Source: Octopus bimaculoides
Taxonomy: Eukaryota
DNA: 52,422 bases
Direction: 5' to 3'
NCBI RefSeq assembly: GCF_001194135.2
Contig: NC_069009.1
Span: 8,278,621 to 8,331,042 of the forward strand
The translations under genes and the position numbers were made by a program. Below the pieces are notes generated by a model that saw nothing but the letters and a program-made list of their open reading frames with translations, made no database searches and was not told the origin of the DNA. Positions 11,800 to 23,322 of the stretch are shown in pieces (the stretch's first letter is position 1; each line of letters begins with the position of its first letter).

Positions 11800-12010
11800 G
11801 ATAAAGTTACGCTGGTTTATGGGATTACCCTGGGTTTCACATCCATGTAGCACTTTGCTTTACAGCTTATCGTCAGATCCCAAACCTGTTGGTTTATGGC
11901 ATCTCTAGCAAGTGGCCTCTCTAGAAAATGGAAGAGGAAAAAACTTCGTTACTCTGTCAACAACAGGGGATTGTCTCCCTTTGGCTGTCAGTCATAAATG
12001 CCCTTCTTAA
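11800..12010 (-). mobile_element. Isolated Penelope-type terminal repeat (pLTR-like), second copy of 13226-13425
   Basis: About 200-bp diverged match to 13226-13425; contains a hammerhead; interrupts an LTR-like sequence. Confidence 0.7.
11820..11882 (-). ncRNA. Type-I hammerhead ribozyme motif (core intact, stem II eroded)
   Basis: UGGGAU-CUGACGA-(31 nt)-GAA-ACCC-A-GGGU-A^AUCCCA: 6-bp stem I, quasi-palindromic helix III, GUA triplet. Confidence 0.72.
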
Positions 12011-13120
12011 TACCCACTCTGTTTCTCACTCAGACTGCTACTATTTATAGACATTTGGTCAGGTCTATTTCCACATCCCCTCTTTTATTATTATTTTTTC
12101 TTTCAATTCAACACCTCTCCTTTTTGAAATTTTGCTTCCCTAGGGAGTTCAGTACCATTTCTGCATAGAAATTATTTCTAAATGTTCAGTCTGTTTTCAT
12201 TTTCTGTTTCTGCTCCTTCCAGGCTCAATCTCTTTTGGTGCTGGCACATCAAACATGTCGTAAAACACTTCCATTGGAATTTCCTTCCTTTCTTCTGTAT
12301 GTCTGGTTTTTCATTGATTTAAGCGTCGTTTATGCTCCCATTGTTGTCTTTTTTTTTTTAAATACATAGTTTCCAATTCTTTTAATCACTACACCATCCC
12401 ACCAACTCTCTTTACCATTCTTGTATACTTTAAAATGAACTTTGTCTCTGGCATCAAAATGTTTAGTTGAATTTCTCTATCTGTTTTTACCTTTGGCAAC
12501 AATTTGTCAAAGATCGATTTAATCTTTTGAATGAACATTAGCTCTGTAGGTGACTTGCCTCAACTGGTATTCGGATTGGACATTATTCTGTACATCCTTC
12601 TTAAGAATTTAGTTAGAGCTTCATCATTTCCTAACTCGTTCCTTGCTTTTTTCCATGCTTGCTTGAAAGTATCTATGAATTGTTCTGCTTTCCCCTTTGG
12701 CCTTGGGTGGGAAAGGGTAAACATGTGCTTGACTGCATGCACTTTGCAGAATTTCTTGAACTCATATCCTATAAATTGTGTCCCATTGTCCAATGCTATG
12801 GTGTTCAGAACATCGTATCAAGCAAAAAGTTCATGCAGGAACTTTATTGTTCCCTTCAAGGTAGCTTCACTGTACCTACATACTTCCAACCACTTGGTAA
12901 AGCTATCAACAATGATCAAGTAGGATGTGCCATTCACTAGTCCAGTGTTGTCTATATGTATGCTGAACCACAGGCTATTCATCTCAGTCCACGATTGGTA
13001 TTTCACCAATGGTGGGAGACAGGTAGAGTGGGCATTAATCGCAGTGAAGTTGTAAGGTGTCATTTGGACAGTGTGTCGGAATATCATTGGTTCATGTATA
13101 GTTCATGGAGAGTTTGTTGG
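12010..13120 (-). mobile_element. Gypsy integrase fragment with PPT and start of the 3' LTR
   Basis: HIDNTGLVNGTSYLIIVDSFTKWLEV, DNGTQF, HPRPKGKAEQFIDTFK. PPT AAAAGAGGGGA (12076-12086) abuts TGTGG at 12075. Confidence 0.8.
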
Positions 13121-13186
13121 ATTGTTATGTTGTTGTTACCTTGCTTCGTTATATGTTTTATTATTACTACATATGTATGTGTGTAT

Positions 13187-13225
<39 letters not shown>

Positions 13226-13230
<5 letters not shown>

Positions 13231-14290
13231 AGTTAAATAAGGCTGGTTTATGAGATTCCTCCGGGTTTCATGTCCATAAAGCACTTAGCTTTACAGCATA
13301 TTGTCAGATCCCAAACTTGTTGGCTTATAGTCTCTCTACAAAATGGAGGAGGAAGGGACTTCATTACTCTGTCAACAGCAGGGGATTATCTTCCTTTGGC
13401 TGTCAATTATAAATGACCCTTTTATCGTGTGGGTTGCAGTAGGCCAGCAGGAATTTCCGGACATGCAAGGATGGTCTGAAGACCTCTGTTCTGGAGTTAA
13501 GGATGTTCCCTGAATCGAGGGAGTCCTTTAGTATCCTCGCCCATTCAGCTACACATAGTTTACAACACTTGGTCCCGTTTGTATTGGGGCCTGGATTTTC
13601 TAGGATTCTCCATGATATTATGTGTGGAATTCTGTTGTCCTTCAGCTGCCATACATGGCTGGCTAATGATGTAATGTATCTCCTTTCCGGTATCCTGAAG
13701 GAGGATCTGTGGTTGTAGTGGTGTTGCTTGAATGTGTTACTAGAGCATCCAATATATCTCTGTGTTCTGGTGTTGGTGTTGACACTGTTGTTACCACTGC
13801 TGGTGATACTGGTGCTGTTGGTGTTGGCATTGTTGAAGATGGCGATGGTGTTGGTGTTGCTACTACAGGCATTGGGAATGGTGCTGTTGTTGTTGCTATG
13901 GTCATCGTCATTGATGGAGTTGCTGTCCCTGATGTTATTGTTATCTTTAGCAATGGTTCTGCTTCTATTTCTGTTAGGGACACTCTCATTGCTGTTGTTG
14001 ATGTTGTTATTGATGTCATCGTTGCCGATGCTGTTGCTGCTAATTCTATTTGTGTTTCTGCTGCTGCTAATATTGGTACTGTCGTCCTGCTACTGTGGTA
14101 GCCGTTGGGGAAGCTGCTGCTGTTAGGGTTGACCAGTACTTCAGCTTTATGGACGACTCCCTTGGTTTCACAGTGGCCTCCCACTGGGAAACTGTTGTAG
14201 TCCCAGCATGAGCATCTTGCCTCTGCTTGTGGCCTAGGGGTGCTAACTAGAATGCTCTTAATATTAGGGGCACAGCTAAATGGGACCTGA
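13226..14290 (-). mobile_element. Penelope-like element 3' part (GIY-YIG endonuclease plus pLTR with hammerhead)
   Basis: PFSCAPNIKSI..CSC...GGHCETKGVVHKAEV (to 14137), then RYIGCSSNTFKQHHYNHRSSF..TSLASHVWQLK..CCKLC..LNSRTE..HVRKFLL (13756 to about 13440), the typical PLE GIY-YIG pattern. Ends in (TATC)n. Confidence 0.82.
13251..13313 (-). ncRNA. Degenerate hammerhead motif, paralogue of 11820-11882
   Basis: UGGGAU-CUGACAA(G8A)-U-AUGCUGUAAAGC/GCUUUAUGGACAU-GAAACCC..AUCUCA; cleavage triplet mutated. Confidence 0.6.
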
Positions 14291-14362
14291 ACACAGAGAT
14301 ACATCAGATGCTCCTGTAATACACTCAAGCAACGCCTCTCCAGCCAGAGAACCAGGTGGAAT

Positions 14363-14728
14363 TTTTGTGAATTTGTATTCAACACAGATATTCATACAAC
14401 TATGAAAAAAACAAAAAAGTTTTTGTGAGCGATCTAAGGGCTATTTAGCTGTTATTTTTAGCACATCTCACAACCATGTGGTAGCTTAGTTGTTTGTTTG
14501 TCACTCTGACATATTGATGTTTTTCAATATCTATCTCCCCATAAACACATTTAATGATCTATTGCTGGGATTTAAACAAAAAATTGGGACTGCCCATATT
14601 TTAAACTGTGATTTAAAAAAGATTCAAAAGATTTAAAATAAATAGTTTTTTTTTAATTTTGAAAAATTAAAAAAAAATTTTTTTCATAGTTGTATGAATT
14701 CCTTTTTGTAGAATTCAAATTCACAAAA
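14363..14728. mobile_element. MITE-like element with about 50-bp imperfect inverted repeats
   Basis: 14363-14410 is the reverse complement of 14679-14728 (TTTTGTGAATTTG..ATTCATACAACTATGAAAAAA). True ends and TSD not resolved. Confidence 0.5.
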
Positions 14729-14838
14729 CGTTTCTGAAAATTCCAAAAAATTAAAAGGGGCTATGTGGGGTGCTTAAAGCAGAATTCTGCTGAGTGCCAC
14801 TTCAGCAGGTTGTAAAGAATCTACAGAGAATATTTTAT

Positions 14839-15207
14839 ACTCTTTACTCTCTTTTACTCTTTTACTTGTTTCAGTCATTTGACTGCGGCCATGCTGGAGC
14901 ACNNNNNNNNNNNNNNNNNNNNNNNNNNNNNNNNNNNNNNNNNNNNNNNNNNNNNNNNNNNNNNNNNNNNNNNNNNNNNNNNNNNNNNNNNNNNNNNNNN
15001 NNNNNNNNNNNNNNNNNNNNNNNNNNNNNNNNNNNNCACATATATATGACAGGCTTCTTTCAGTTTCCGTCTACCAAATCCACTCACAAGGCTTTGGTCA
15101 GCCTGAGGCTATAGTAGAAGACACTTGCCCAAGGTGTCACGCAGTGGGACTGAACCCGGAACCATGTGGTTGGTAAGCAAGCTACTTACCACACAGCCAC
15201 TCCTGCG
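14839..15207 (-). mobile_element. SINE family A copy (gapped)
   Basis: Reverse complement of the 7403-7925 family. Confidence 0.85.
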
Positions 15208-16129
15208 ACTGTTGAGTTTTTTGATTTAGTTGAGTTTTGTTAATTTCCTATTGTGCCATTTTTCCATGATTCTCTTTCACTTGATCTAGATATTTAAAAT
15301 TTTTGTTGAATTTCTGATCTTTGTGGTGTCTAAGAACTGATATTCATGTGAATGAGTTCTTTTTCAAATGCAATTCTGAAGAATTAAAATGGCATTTACT
15401 TTATCGCATGTTACTCCTTTTGCCCCATCTAAATTTGTCTTTTATAGACTCAAAGAGAAAGGAGATAATTTTCTGAAATAGTGTTCTGAATATGTTATAG
15501 TGTTGTTAAGGTCATTTGTTTAGCTGATGTAGTTTTTGTCTGGTAGGGAACATTCATAAAAATACTTTTTCTTTCCAAAGTGAAAAGTGCAGTAAATATT
15601 ACTCATTCGCCCCACCACTCCTTAACAGGAAACTGGAAAAACAGACTTTTGGAATAGCTGTCATATGTTCTGAAATTTCCCTGTTTACATCAGGATTAAC
15701 CCTTTCTCTCACGCATTGCAAAACAATGAAGAGAAGCGTTTTTAAACCGAAATTTTTTTTAATCCATGTCTTTTAAATGTCCCCCCCACACAAACACACA
15801 CACACTCATTGTGCCTTTGGAACAGCAACAACCATGAAAATTATATACTTTTCTTTTCCCTAATTTTCTGTCATTTTATTATATTCTACATTGTGACTCG
15901 CATTAGATGAAAATATCTTACACCCTCGTCCCTCCTTCATTGTATTTTTCACAATCAAGGAAAAGTAAAACATTTCAAGTGGATGTATGAGAAAAAAATT
16001 TGAATTTTGAAAAGTGAATCTATAAAGCGAAATTTTCAGTCATTTATTTAAACTTTCTCTGCTAACACATCAAGTTCATTATATGCAATACATGAATTTT
16101 GGGATTATAATTGATTAATTTTCCAAGAT

Positions 16130-16270
16130 TTCTACAGCTGAGTGAACTGGAGCAACATGAAATAAAGTGTCTTGCTCAAGAACACAACACACAGCTTGGT
16201 CTAAGATTTAAACTCACAACCTCATGACTGTGAGCCTGATGCTCTAACCACTGAGCCATGTGCCTTCACA
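16130..16270 (-). mobile_element. tRNA-derived SINE 5' fragment
   Basis: Minus strand GGCTCAGTGGTTAGAGC..GTTGTGAGTTTAAATC with TTGAGCAAGACAC motif. Confidence 0.6.
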
Positions 16271-16425
16271 CACGTACACACACAAACATACACACGCACA
16301 CACAAACATGTATTTTATATATATATATATATATATGGGAGAATATACAAATAATAACAACAGACGAGGACAGGTGGTGTAAATAACAAAAGTATATATT
16401 AGTATGACGCTCGGGAATACGGAAA

Positions 16426-16464
16426 GTCTTTGACATTTCGAGCTACGCTCTTCAACAGAAAGAC
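16426..16464 (-). ncRNA. Minimal type-I hammerhead motif with two core-region mutations, in a 180-bp element embedded in (TA)n
   Basis: GUCUUU-CUGUUGA-A-GAGC-GUA-GCUC-GAA-AUGU-C^AAAGAC: perfect 6-bp stem I and 4-bp stem II; A6U and ACGU>AUGU changes. Confidence 0.65.
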
Positions 16465-17418
16465 AAGGAGAAAAACACGGAGAAAAAAAATTGAATAGTG
16501 TTCAGTCAACGGTCAATATATATATATACACATACACACACACACACATATACATACATATGTACATAATACACACACACACTAGGCAGAAAACTAATAA
16601 AAGAAATAGAAAGATTACACATATATGTGTATATATGTATGCATGTTTGAGAAGCCCTTTATATGAAACCTGGGTTTAGTAGACACAACAAATTTCCCTC
16701 AAATGACCCCTTATTTTCTTTTTAAGAATGTGACACACAGTGTGGTCCTGGGATTTCTGCAAATGAAATAAGATCAGATGGTCACAGTTAGAATGCCTTT
16801 GATCATAAAGATGCTGGGTCTGGGATGGCCTGTGGTTAAACAAATAACAATGAAATGCTTTGTTCTACTCATCACAACACCCACTGTCAAAATTATCCCC
16901 TGGATGAAGGCTTGCGAGTGAGAAGAAACCAACATTAATAAGAACAGAACAAAATAAATGACTGTTTTACTCACCAGAACGTTTTTATTGTTGTTTAACA
17001 TGTAAGACACACCAGGGTTTTGATCAAATCACTCACATGGAAAGGCAACAACACAGAAAATTACTACATTTCCTCCGGGTGGGCAACAAGGAAACCTTGT
17101 AATAGTAGGTCATCATCAACATCGTTTAATGTCAGCCTTCAGGTGTCAAATAAACTTTCAACAGTCATATATAAATTTATATTATTTCCAGGGTTTATTT
17201 CTGTGACACCTTTCATCTAATAACTAAAATATGTTTTGTCAATACTATCAACATCCTATAACGCCCACTGCTTGATGTCTACCTATTTACATTGTGACAC
17301 CTGCCTGTGTGACTTTTTTCACTTCCTGCTACATACACTTATTCATGGTATTTATTTCTCTGGATGTGTTGCATGTGTTATGACTAATACTTGTTGACTG
17401 CCACTTTCTTACTTGTTA

Positions 17419-17691
17419 TCTATATATATAAAAATGAGAATGTGTGTCTGTCTGTCTGTCTGTCTGTCTGTGTGTTTCCCTAAAACTCGAGAACTACACA
17501 ACCAATTTCATTCAAATTTTACACATGTCTTACTTAGGGTTCCGGTTGTGTTTTAGTCAAAAAAAATGTTTAACTTCTTGCAGAGTTCGAGCCCAGGGCA
17601 ACATAATATCTCCTCCACTATTTAAGTATTAGGTGTTAAAAGTGAAACAAAAACACTCATGTCAAATACTTTCACTTTAAAAATGAAACTA
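17419..17691 (+). mobile_element. Non-autonomous Helitron-like 5' end
   Basis: Starts A|TCTATATATATAAAA followed by (GTCT)n, an architecture typical of non-autonomous Helitrons; the 3' end is lost in a gap. Confidence 0.5.
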
Positions 17692-18604
17692 NNNNNNNNN
17701 NNNNNNNNNNNNNNNNNNNNNNNNNNNNNNNNNNNNNNNNNNNNNNNNNNNNNNNNNNNNNNNNNNNNNNNNNNNNNNNNNNNNNNNNNNNNNNNNNNNN
17801 NNNNNNNNNNNNNNNNNNNNNNNNNNNNNNNNNNNNNNNNNNNNNNNNNNNNNNNNNNNNNNNNNNNNNNNNNNNNNNNNNNNNNNNNNNNNNNNNNNNN
17901 NNNNNNNNNNNNNNNNNNNNNNNNNNNNNNNNNNNNNNNNNNNNNNNNNNNNNNNNNNNNNNNNNNNNNNNNNNNNNNNNNNNNNNNNNNNNNNNNNNNN
18001 NNNNNNNNNNNNNNNNNNNNNNNNNNNNNNNNNNNNNNNNNNNNNNNNNNNNNNNNNNNNNNNNNNNNNNNNNNNNNNNNNNNNNNNNNNNNNNNNNNNN
18101 NNNNNNNNNNNNNNNNNNNNNNNNNNNNNNNNNNNNNNNNNNNNNNNNNNNNNNNNNNNNNNNNNNNNNNNNNNNNNNNNNNNNNNNNNNNNNNNNNNNN
18201 NNNNNNNNNNNNNNNNNNNNNNNNNNNNNNNNTGTAATTCAACGGTACAACAGTGTAAGACTATCCTTTCAGATATACTTACGTTGTGATTTCTGCAATG
18301 TGGTGCATAAATTGTCAAGTAAATGAGATTCATCTTTGCCTCCACTGATTCACTTGCAAAGTGATGAGTAAAATTATTTTGTTGCAGACCTACTTTGAGT
18401 CTTTTTATTACCACTGCGACACATATAGTCCCCAGTTGGTAACATTGATTTCAAGGCCTTCCCAGATGAGTGACTGGTTGTTCTAAGACATTTATTGATT
18501 GTAAATATTTTCTAAATACACTTCCTTCTTGTTTTTTCTTCCTTTTCTTTTGCTGTGTGATTAGGATTTAGCAGATGGAACCTGAAAGAACCTCATCATA
18601 TCTT

Positions 18605-18830
18605 TTATCATTTTATCATTGACTTGTTTCAGTTATCAGATTTCAGCCATGCTGGGGCGCCACCATGAAGAATCTTTAATTGAATGTATAAACCCCAGTA
18701 TTCCTTTTTTTATTAAAGCCTGGTACTTATACTATTGGTCCCTTTCGCTGAACTGCTCAGTTATAGGGACATAAACAAACTAACACCAGTTGTCATGCAG
18801 TGGTCAGGGACAAACATAGACATGAAACTC
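18605..18830 (-). mobile_element. SINE family A 3' fragment
   Basis: TTGTTTCAGT..GCCATGCTGG..TGGTACTTAT..TTTCGCTGAACTGCT matches the family tail. Confidence 0.65.
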
Positions 18831-18925
18831 ACATACATACACGTATGCATGCATATATACATACATACATGCATACATACATACATACATACATACATAC
18901 ATACATACATACATACATACATACA

Positions 18926-19410
18926 AATGTTAACATAAAGCTAAAGATCAGTGAAAAAGAGAACACCTATGCTGAACTATTAAGAAATCTGCAGTTACTC
19001 TACCCAGATTACAAGTTCAGGTTTATACCTGTAATTATTGAGGCACTGGGATACGTAACACACTGCTTAAATACCAATTTTGAGAAATTATGGTTCTCAA
19101 AACCAGAAAGGATAAAGCTAATTTGAAGACTACAGATCCAATCCATCACTGGAACTGTAAAAATCTGTAAAACTTTCCAGAAGTTTATCATTTAAATATA
19201 TATGAGTATGTCTAGATATGCAACTATATGCATACATAAAACAACATACACAAATCTACACATGCACTGACTCCAAATACTTCACATAGACACACATACA
19301 CACATAAATGCCTCGGTGACATTATTGAAATTCCAATGAAGGAGCCTTGGATCTAGGTTAGAAACTGGCTCTTTCGATATTGGCAAAAAATCTTGAAATA
19401 AAATCGAACA
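18926..19410 (+). mobile_element. 3' end of an RLE-type (R4/Dong/NeSL-like) non-LTR retrotransposon
   Basis: KLKISEKENTYAELL..FIPVIIEALG..LQIQSITGTVKICKTF resembles the restriction-like endonuclease C-terminus; begins directly after (CATA)n. Confidence 0.6.
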
Positions 19411-19775
19411 ATGACATATATATATAAACACACACACACACACACACACACGTGTGTGTTTATGTATATATAAAAGACAAAAGAGGATTAAAAAATCCAA
19501 GCAGATATTAATAAAGCACTCAATTTTTAAAAAATGGGTTAACTATATCCAACAATCAGACACCAATAAATGTAAGTAGAATACATAACCAAGGTAATTT
19601 GTGATATATATTACAAGTAGACCCAAATATCATTTAGAAAAATTCTGAGAAATTCAGAGTATTTGACAACAAAAATAGGTATAGAGAAAATCACATCTTT
19701 ATTGTAGAATTCGCCTCATAAAGCAGACAATTGTTTCTGTTATCACCAAATTTAATATTTCCAAAAATACATAAA

Positions 19776-20550
19776 CGAGGAGGTACCCAAAAGTAACAGG
19801 AAACGTTCTCTGTGGAGCAAGCCCAGAGTAATTCAGGCTTCTGCTGCTAGAAGCCACTTGGTGCAACTCTCAGGCATGAGTCTGCCAACTGGTGTCATTG
19901 AATGGAGTCGTAGTGCCATGTGGTGCGTCTTTGTTTTGCAGTGCCTCTCCCCTGTTCGTCGATTTTTGTGATGGCTGTAACGAAAACAAATGCACTTCCA
20001 TGAAATTCTGTTTTCTGCTGGGGAAATGGCAGCCAAAATAGTCATGCTTCAAACAGCTTACAAGGACGCTGCCATGAGCAAAACACATGTTTACAAATGG
20101 TTTTCACACTTTAGGAGTGACCACTTGTCACTTGAAAATCAACCTTTATTCAGGTTGTTGACAACCTTGAAAATCAACCTTTATTCAGGAGGTTTATTCA
20201 ACCTTTATTCAGGAGGTTTATTCAACCTTTATTCAGGAGGTTTATTCAACCTTTATTCAGGAGGTTTATTCAACCTTTATTCAGGAGGTTTATTCAGCCT
20301 TTATTCAGGAGGTTTATTCAACCTTTATTCAGGAGGTTTATTCAACCTTTATTCAGGAGGTTTATTCAACCTTTATTCAGGAGGTTTATTCAACCTCCTG
20401 AAAGAATGAAAACATCACAAAAGTTCATGAACTAACCTTGGAGGACTGTCACTGAACAATTGACAAACTTGTTGATATTGTGTGTCCTGGAGCTCCTGCC
20501 AACAAATTTTGAGTGAGGAATTGAAAATGAAAAGAGTTACAGTTTAAGTA
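19776..20550 (+). mobile_element. Mariner 5' fragment with an internal minisatellite
   Basis: CGAGG TIR-like start; MLQTAYKDAAMSKTHVYKWFSHFRS..ENQP resembles the mariner HTH region. Confidence 0.75.
20176..20391 (+). repeat. Minisatellite, 9 x 24 bp (AACCTTTATTCAGGAGGTTTATTC)
   Basis: Nine units counted; a single variant (unit 6 starts AGCC). Confidence 0.95.
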
Positions 20551-21682
20551 ATATACACTCCATATAAAGCATTCATCAAGGAAGTAAGATAGAGATGTCC
20601 ATTGGGATAGCATGGTTATATTTGAATCAGGATATGACTTGACAGATATAAGAAATATAAGATATGGTGTATATTTAAAGAAGTTGTTTTTAAGAAAAAA
20701 AGAAATTATTGTGCGAGAATAGAAAATAAAAACTAGTTAAAATAGTTTTTATTAGGCTACTTAAATGCAAACGAAAAGAACGGAGTTATTAGAGAATAGC
20801 TCTATATAATGGAAAAAAATTATTCAAGTGTAAAAACTTGTATTCATTTGTGTGAATTAAATATAAGATAAACAGATAAAAATAGAAGTATAGTTGTTAA
20901 TATTACAGAATTAAAATAGTAAATACTTACTGTGGCTAAAAATATTGAAAAAAAACTGTTCCAGGAGAATGAAAATGAAAATGTAAAGTATTCAAAAAGC
21001 TAACAAATTAACAATGTAGGAGAGATAAAGCTGAGACAAAGTCGTTAGAATCCTTTTTAAAAAAAAGTTATAATTATCAGTATTTATTAGTTGACTATGT
21101 TTTTGTATAAATAATAAGAATGGAATATGAGTTGAGAATCTAGTTTTGCATAAAGGAAGTGGGAAGTCTATAGTAATATTATATAAATAAAAATTGTCTA
21201 ACTGATATAATTGTGAATGTAAGAAAAAAAATTCTTTTTTATATTTATGGAGTAAAGGGTGCAAAAAGATAAATAAAAAACGATATCTATAAGTGCATAC
21301 ATTTTGTAGAAGAGTAAGGCACCAATAATAATTATTATCATATATGTGTAAGCATATATCAGCTGTAAGATGTAATTAAACATCAGGAAGGTTGGGAAGT
21401 AACTTTAAACGATAATAAAATTAGAATAGTTAAGAGAGGTGTGTCTTAAAATATATATTATACAAATGGAATAGATTACCAAGAAAAAACAAAAAAGAAA
21501 GGAAGAAATAAAGAAAATTGGACACCGAGAAATATTATAAGTGTTTGTATCTATGAGTTGTGATTAAGCATCAAACAGATTGTCAATCGGCAATTAAGAT
21601 TAAATAATAATAATAATTGGAAGAGGTAAGAGAGGGATATATATAAGTACATATTATGCAAAACAAAAAAGTGCAGAAAAGG

Positions 21683-21732
<50 letters not shown>

Positions 21733-22015
21733 GGAAGATCTAGAAATATAATTGAGAGAAAAAGGAGGTTTATAGAAATTTGGAAGAGATGTTAGATCAA
21801 TATACGGTGGGTCATGTATTTATAAGAGGGGATGGACAAACAATAAATATATCCATATAGCATAAGATGAAATGATGTGCAGAGTATTATAAAAAAATAA
21901 TAATCTAATATGATAGAGAAGGTTAGTATATAGAGAGAGGTATTATAACAAAAGACTTTTATTAGAAAGAGAAGGAACAAAGATAATAAGAGTTAAGGTA
22001 AGGGGGAGAAGAATA

Positions 22016-22480
22016 TCATTTAAGAATAATAAAAAGGTATTTTGACATATGTTTACAAGAAAATACTTTTTCATCTCTAGAATTGACAAGGAAACCATTC
22101 ATTTTCATTATTTTATAACTCTCTTCCAGGCATAGTTTATAGATTTTGTTATTATGTCTACAAGATGGGGCTAAAGATAGTATTTTCCAAGAAACTAAGT
22201 AATCTATATTGCTTCTTTTGAGTAGCCAAACTTTTTTGGATAGACTTATGCTATTCTCTTTTCTAGGGTCATTAAAGGATGATTTATGATTATTAATTAT
22301 TAATTTAAAGAATTCTTTGCTCAACTGATGTATATATATTTAGAGAGATTATGGGTAATAATTGTTGCTTGGTATACTACTGCTTTCAATTTACAATTTC
22401 CATCTACTTCACAAGTATTGGGGTTTTTACAATTACAATTTGAATTATTAGTTGGTACTATATTATTATGTCTATATGTA
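22016..22480 (-). mobile_element. Penelope-like GIY-YIG endonuclease fragment (second family)
   Basis: CNCKNPNTCEVDGNCKLKAVVYQATI..KYIYI then FFKLIINNHKSSF..SLSKKVW.LK..WKIL..KLCLEE..LVNSRDE..CKHMSKYLF. Confidence 0.82.
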
Positions 22481-22783
22481 TTAGGAGTAATTGTGTATAT
22501 ATATATGTATTAGGAGTAAATGTATATATATATGTATATATGTATTAGGAGTAAATGTGTGTGTGTGTATATATATATAAAGGTTATGAAGGGTATTGGA
22601 GTCAACCAAACCCTAAAGATACAGGCAATACCGAGTAAGTGCTGTATACCGACTAGTTATGCCCCTGTCGTAGCAACATGAGTGGGGAATATAACATAGG
22701 TCGTGTATTAGCGTGTGTATGTATAAAGAGAGAAAAATATAAAGAGACCAATGGCAAAGTTAGAATTATATTTTATGTATAAA

Positions 22784-22832
22784 GTCTTACGGGTGTTTCA
22801 GGGAAAATCCAATGTATCCCTTCATCGGAGAC
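22784..22832 (-). ncRNA. Hammerhead motif, left-arm copy (U4C core variant)
   Basis: GUCU-CCGAUGA-AGGGA(12 nt)UCCCU-GAAAC-ACCC-GUA^AGAC. Confidence 0.6.
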
Positions 22833-23322
22833 GGTAATAGTAGAGGAATGGATTATTACCTCTATAAGAGGAGATTTGTAGTAAGAAGTGAGAGCGATGC
22901 TCTGAAAAAAGAACAAAGAAGAAACAGTACTTAGAGTGTAGCTTCATTCCAGCAGTAAACATCCATGTAAAGAATCCTTGTGGGTATTTTCCGGAGATAA
23001 TTGTAGTAGCAAAGGTGGATATGTATCATATCATATCCAGTGTACTCTGTGCATTGTTTACTCAAAGGATAGTCGATTCGGACTATCCTTTGAGTAAACA
23101 ATGCACAGAGTACTCCGGACACGATATGATATATATCCACCTTTGCTACTACAATTATCTCTGGAAAATACCCACAAGGATTCTTTACATGGATGTTTAT
23201 TGCTGGAATGAAGCTACACTCCAAGTATTGTCTCTTCTTTGTTCTTTCTTCAGAGCATCGCTCTCACTTCTTACTACAAATCTCCTCTTATAGAGGTAAT
23301 AATCTATTCTTCCACTATTACC

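Noticed and set aside
11800-13425. Direct repeats flanking a Gypsy integrase read as LTRs
   Set aside because: No TG..CA ends, they end in (TATC)n and contain hammerheads, and the real PPT/LTR junction is at 12075.
19327-19376. Hammerhead-like CCAATGA..AGAAAC
   Set aside because: The core is mismatched, no stem I adjoins it, and AAGGAGCC/GGCTCTTT forms an alternative plain hairpin.
20176-20391. CRISPR-like repeat array
   Set aside because: No spacers, eukaryotic context, and derived from mariner sequence.
20551-20600. Possible decayed hammerhead (minus strand UUGAUGA..)
   Set aside because: GAAA and helix III cannot be placed and stem II is mostly wobble pairs.
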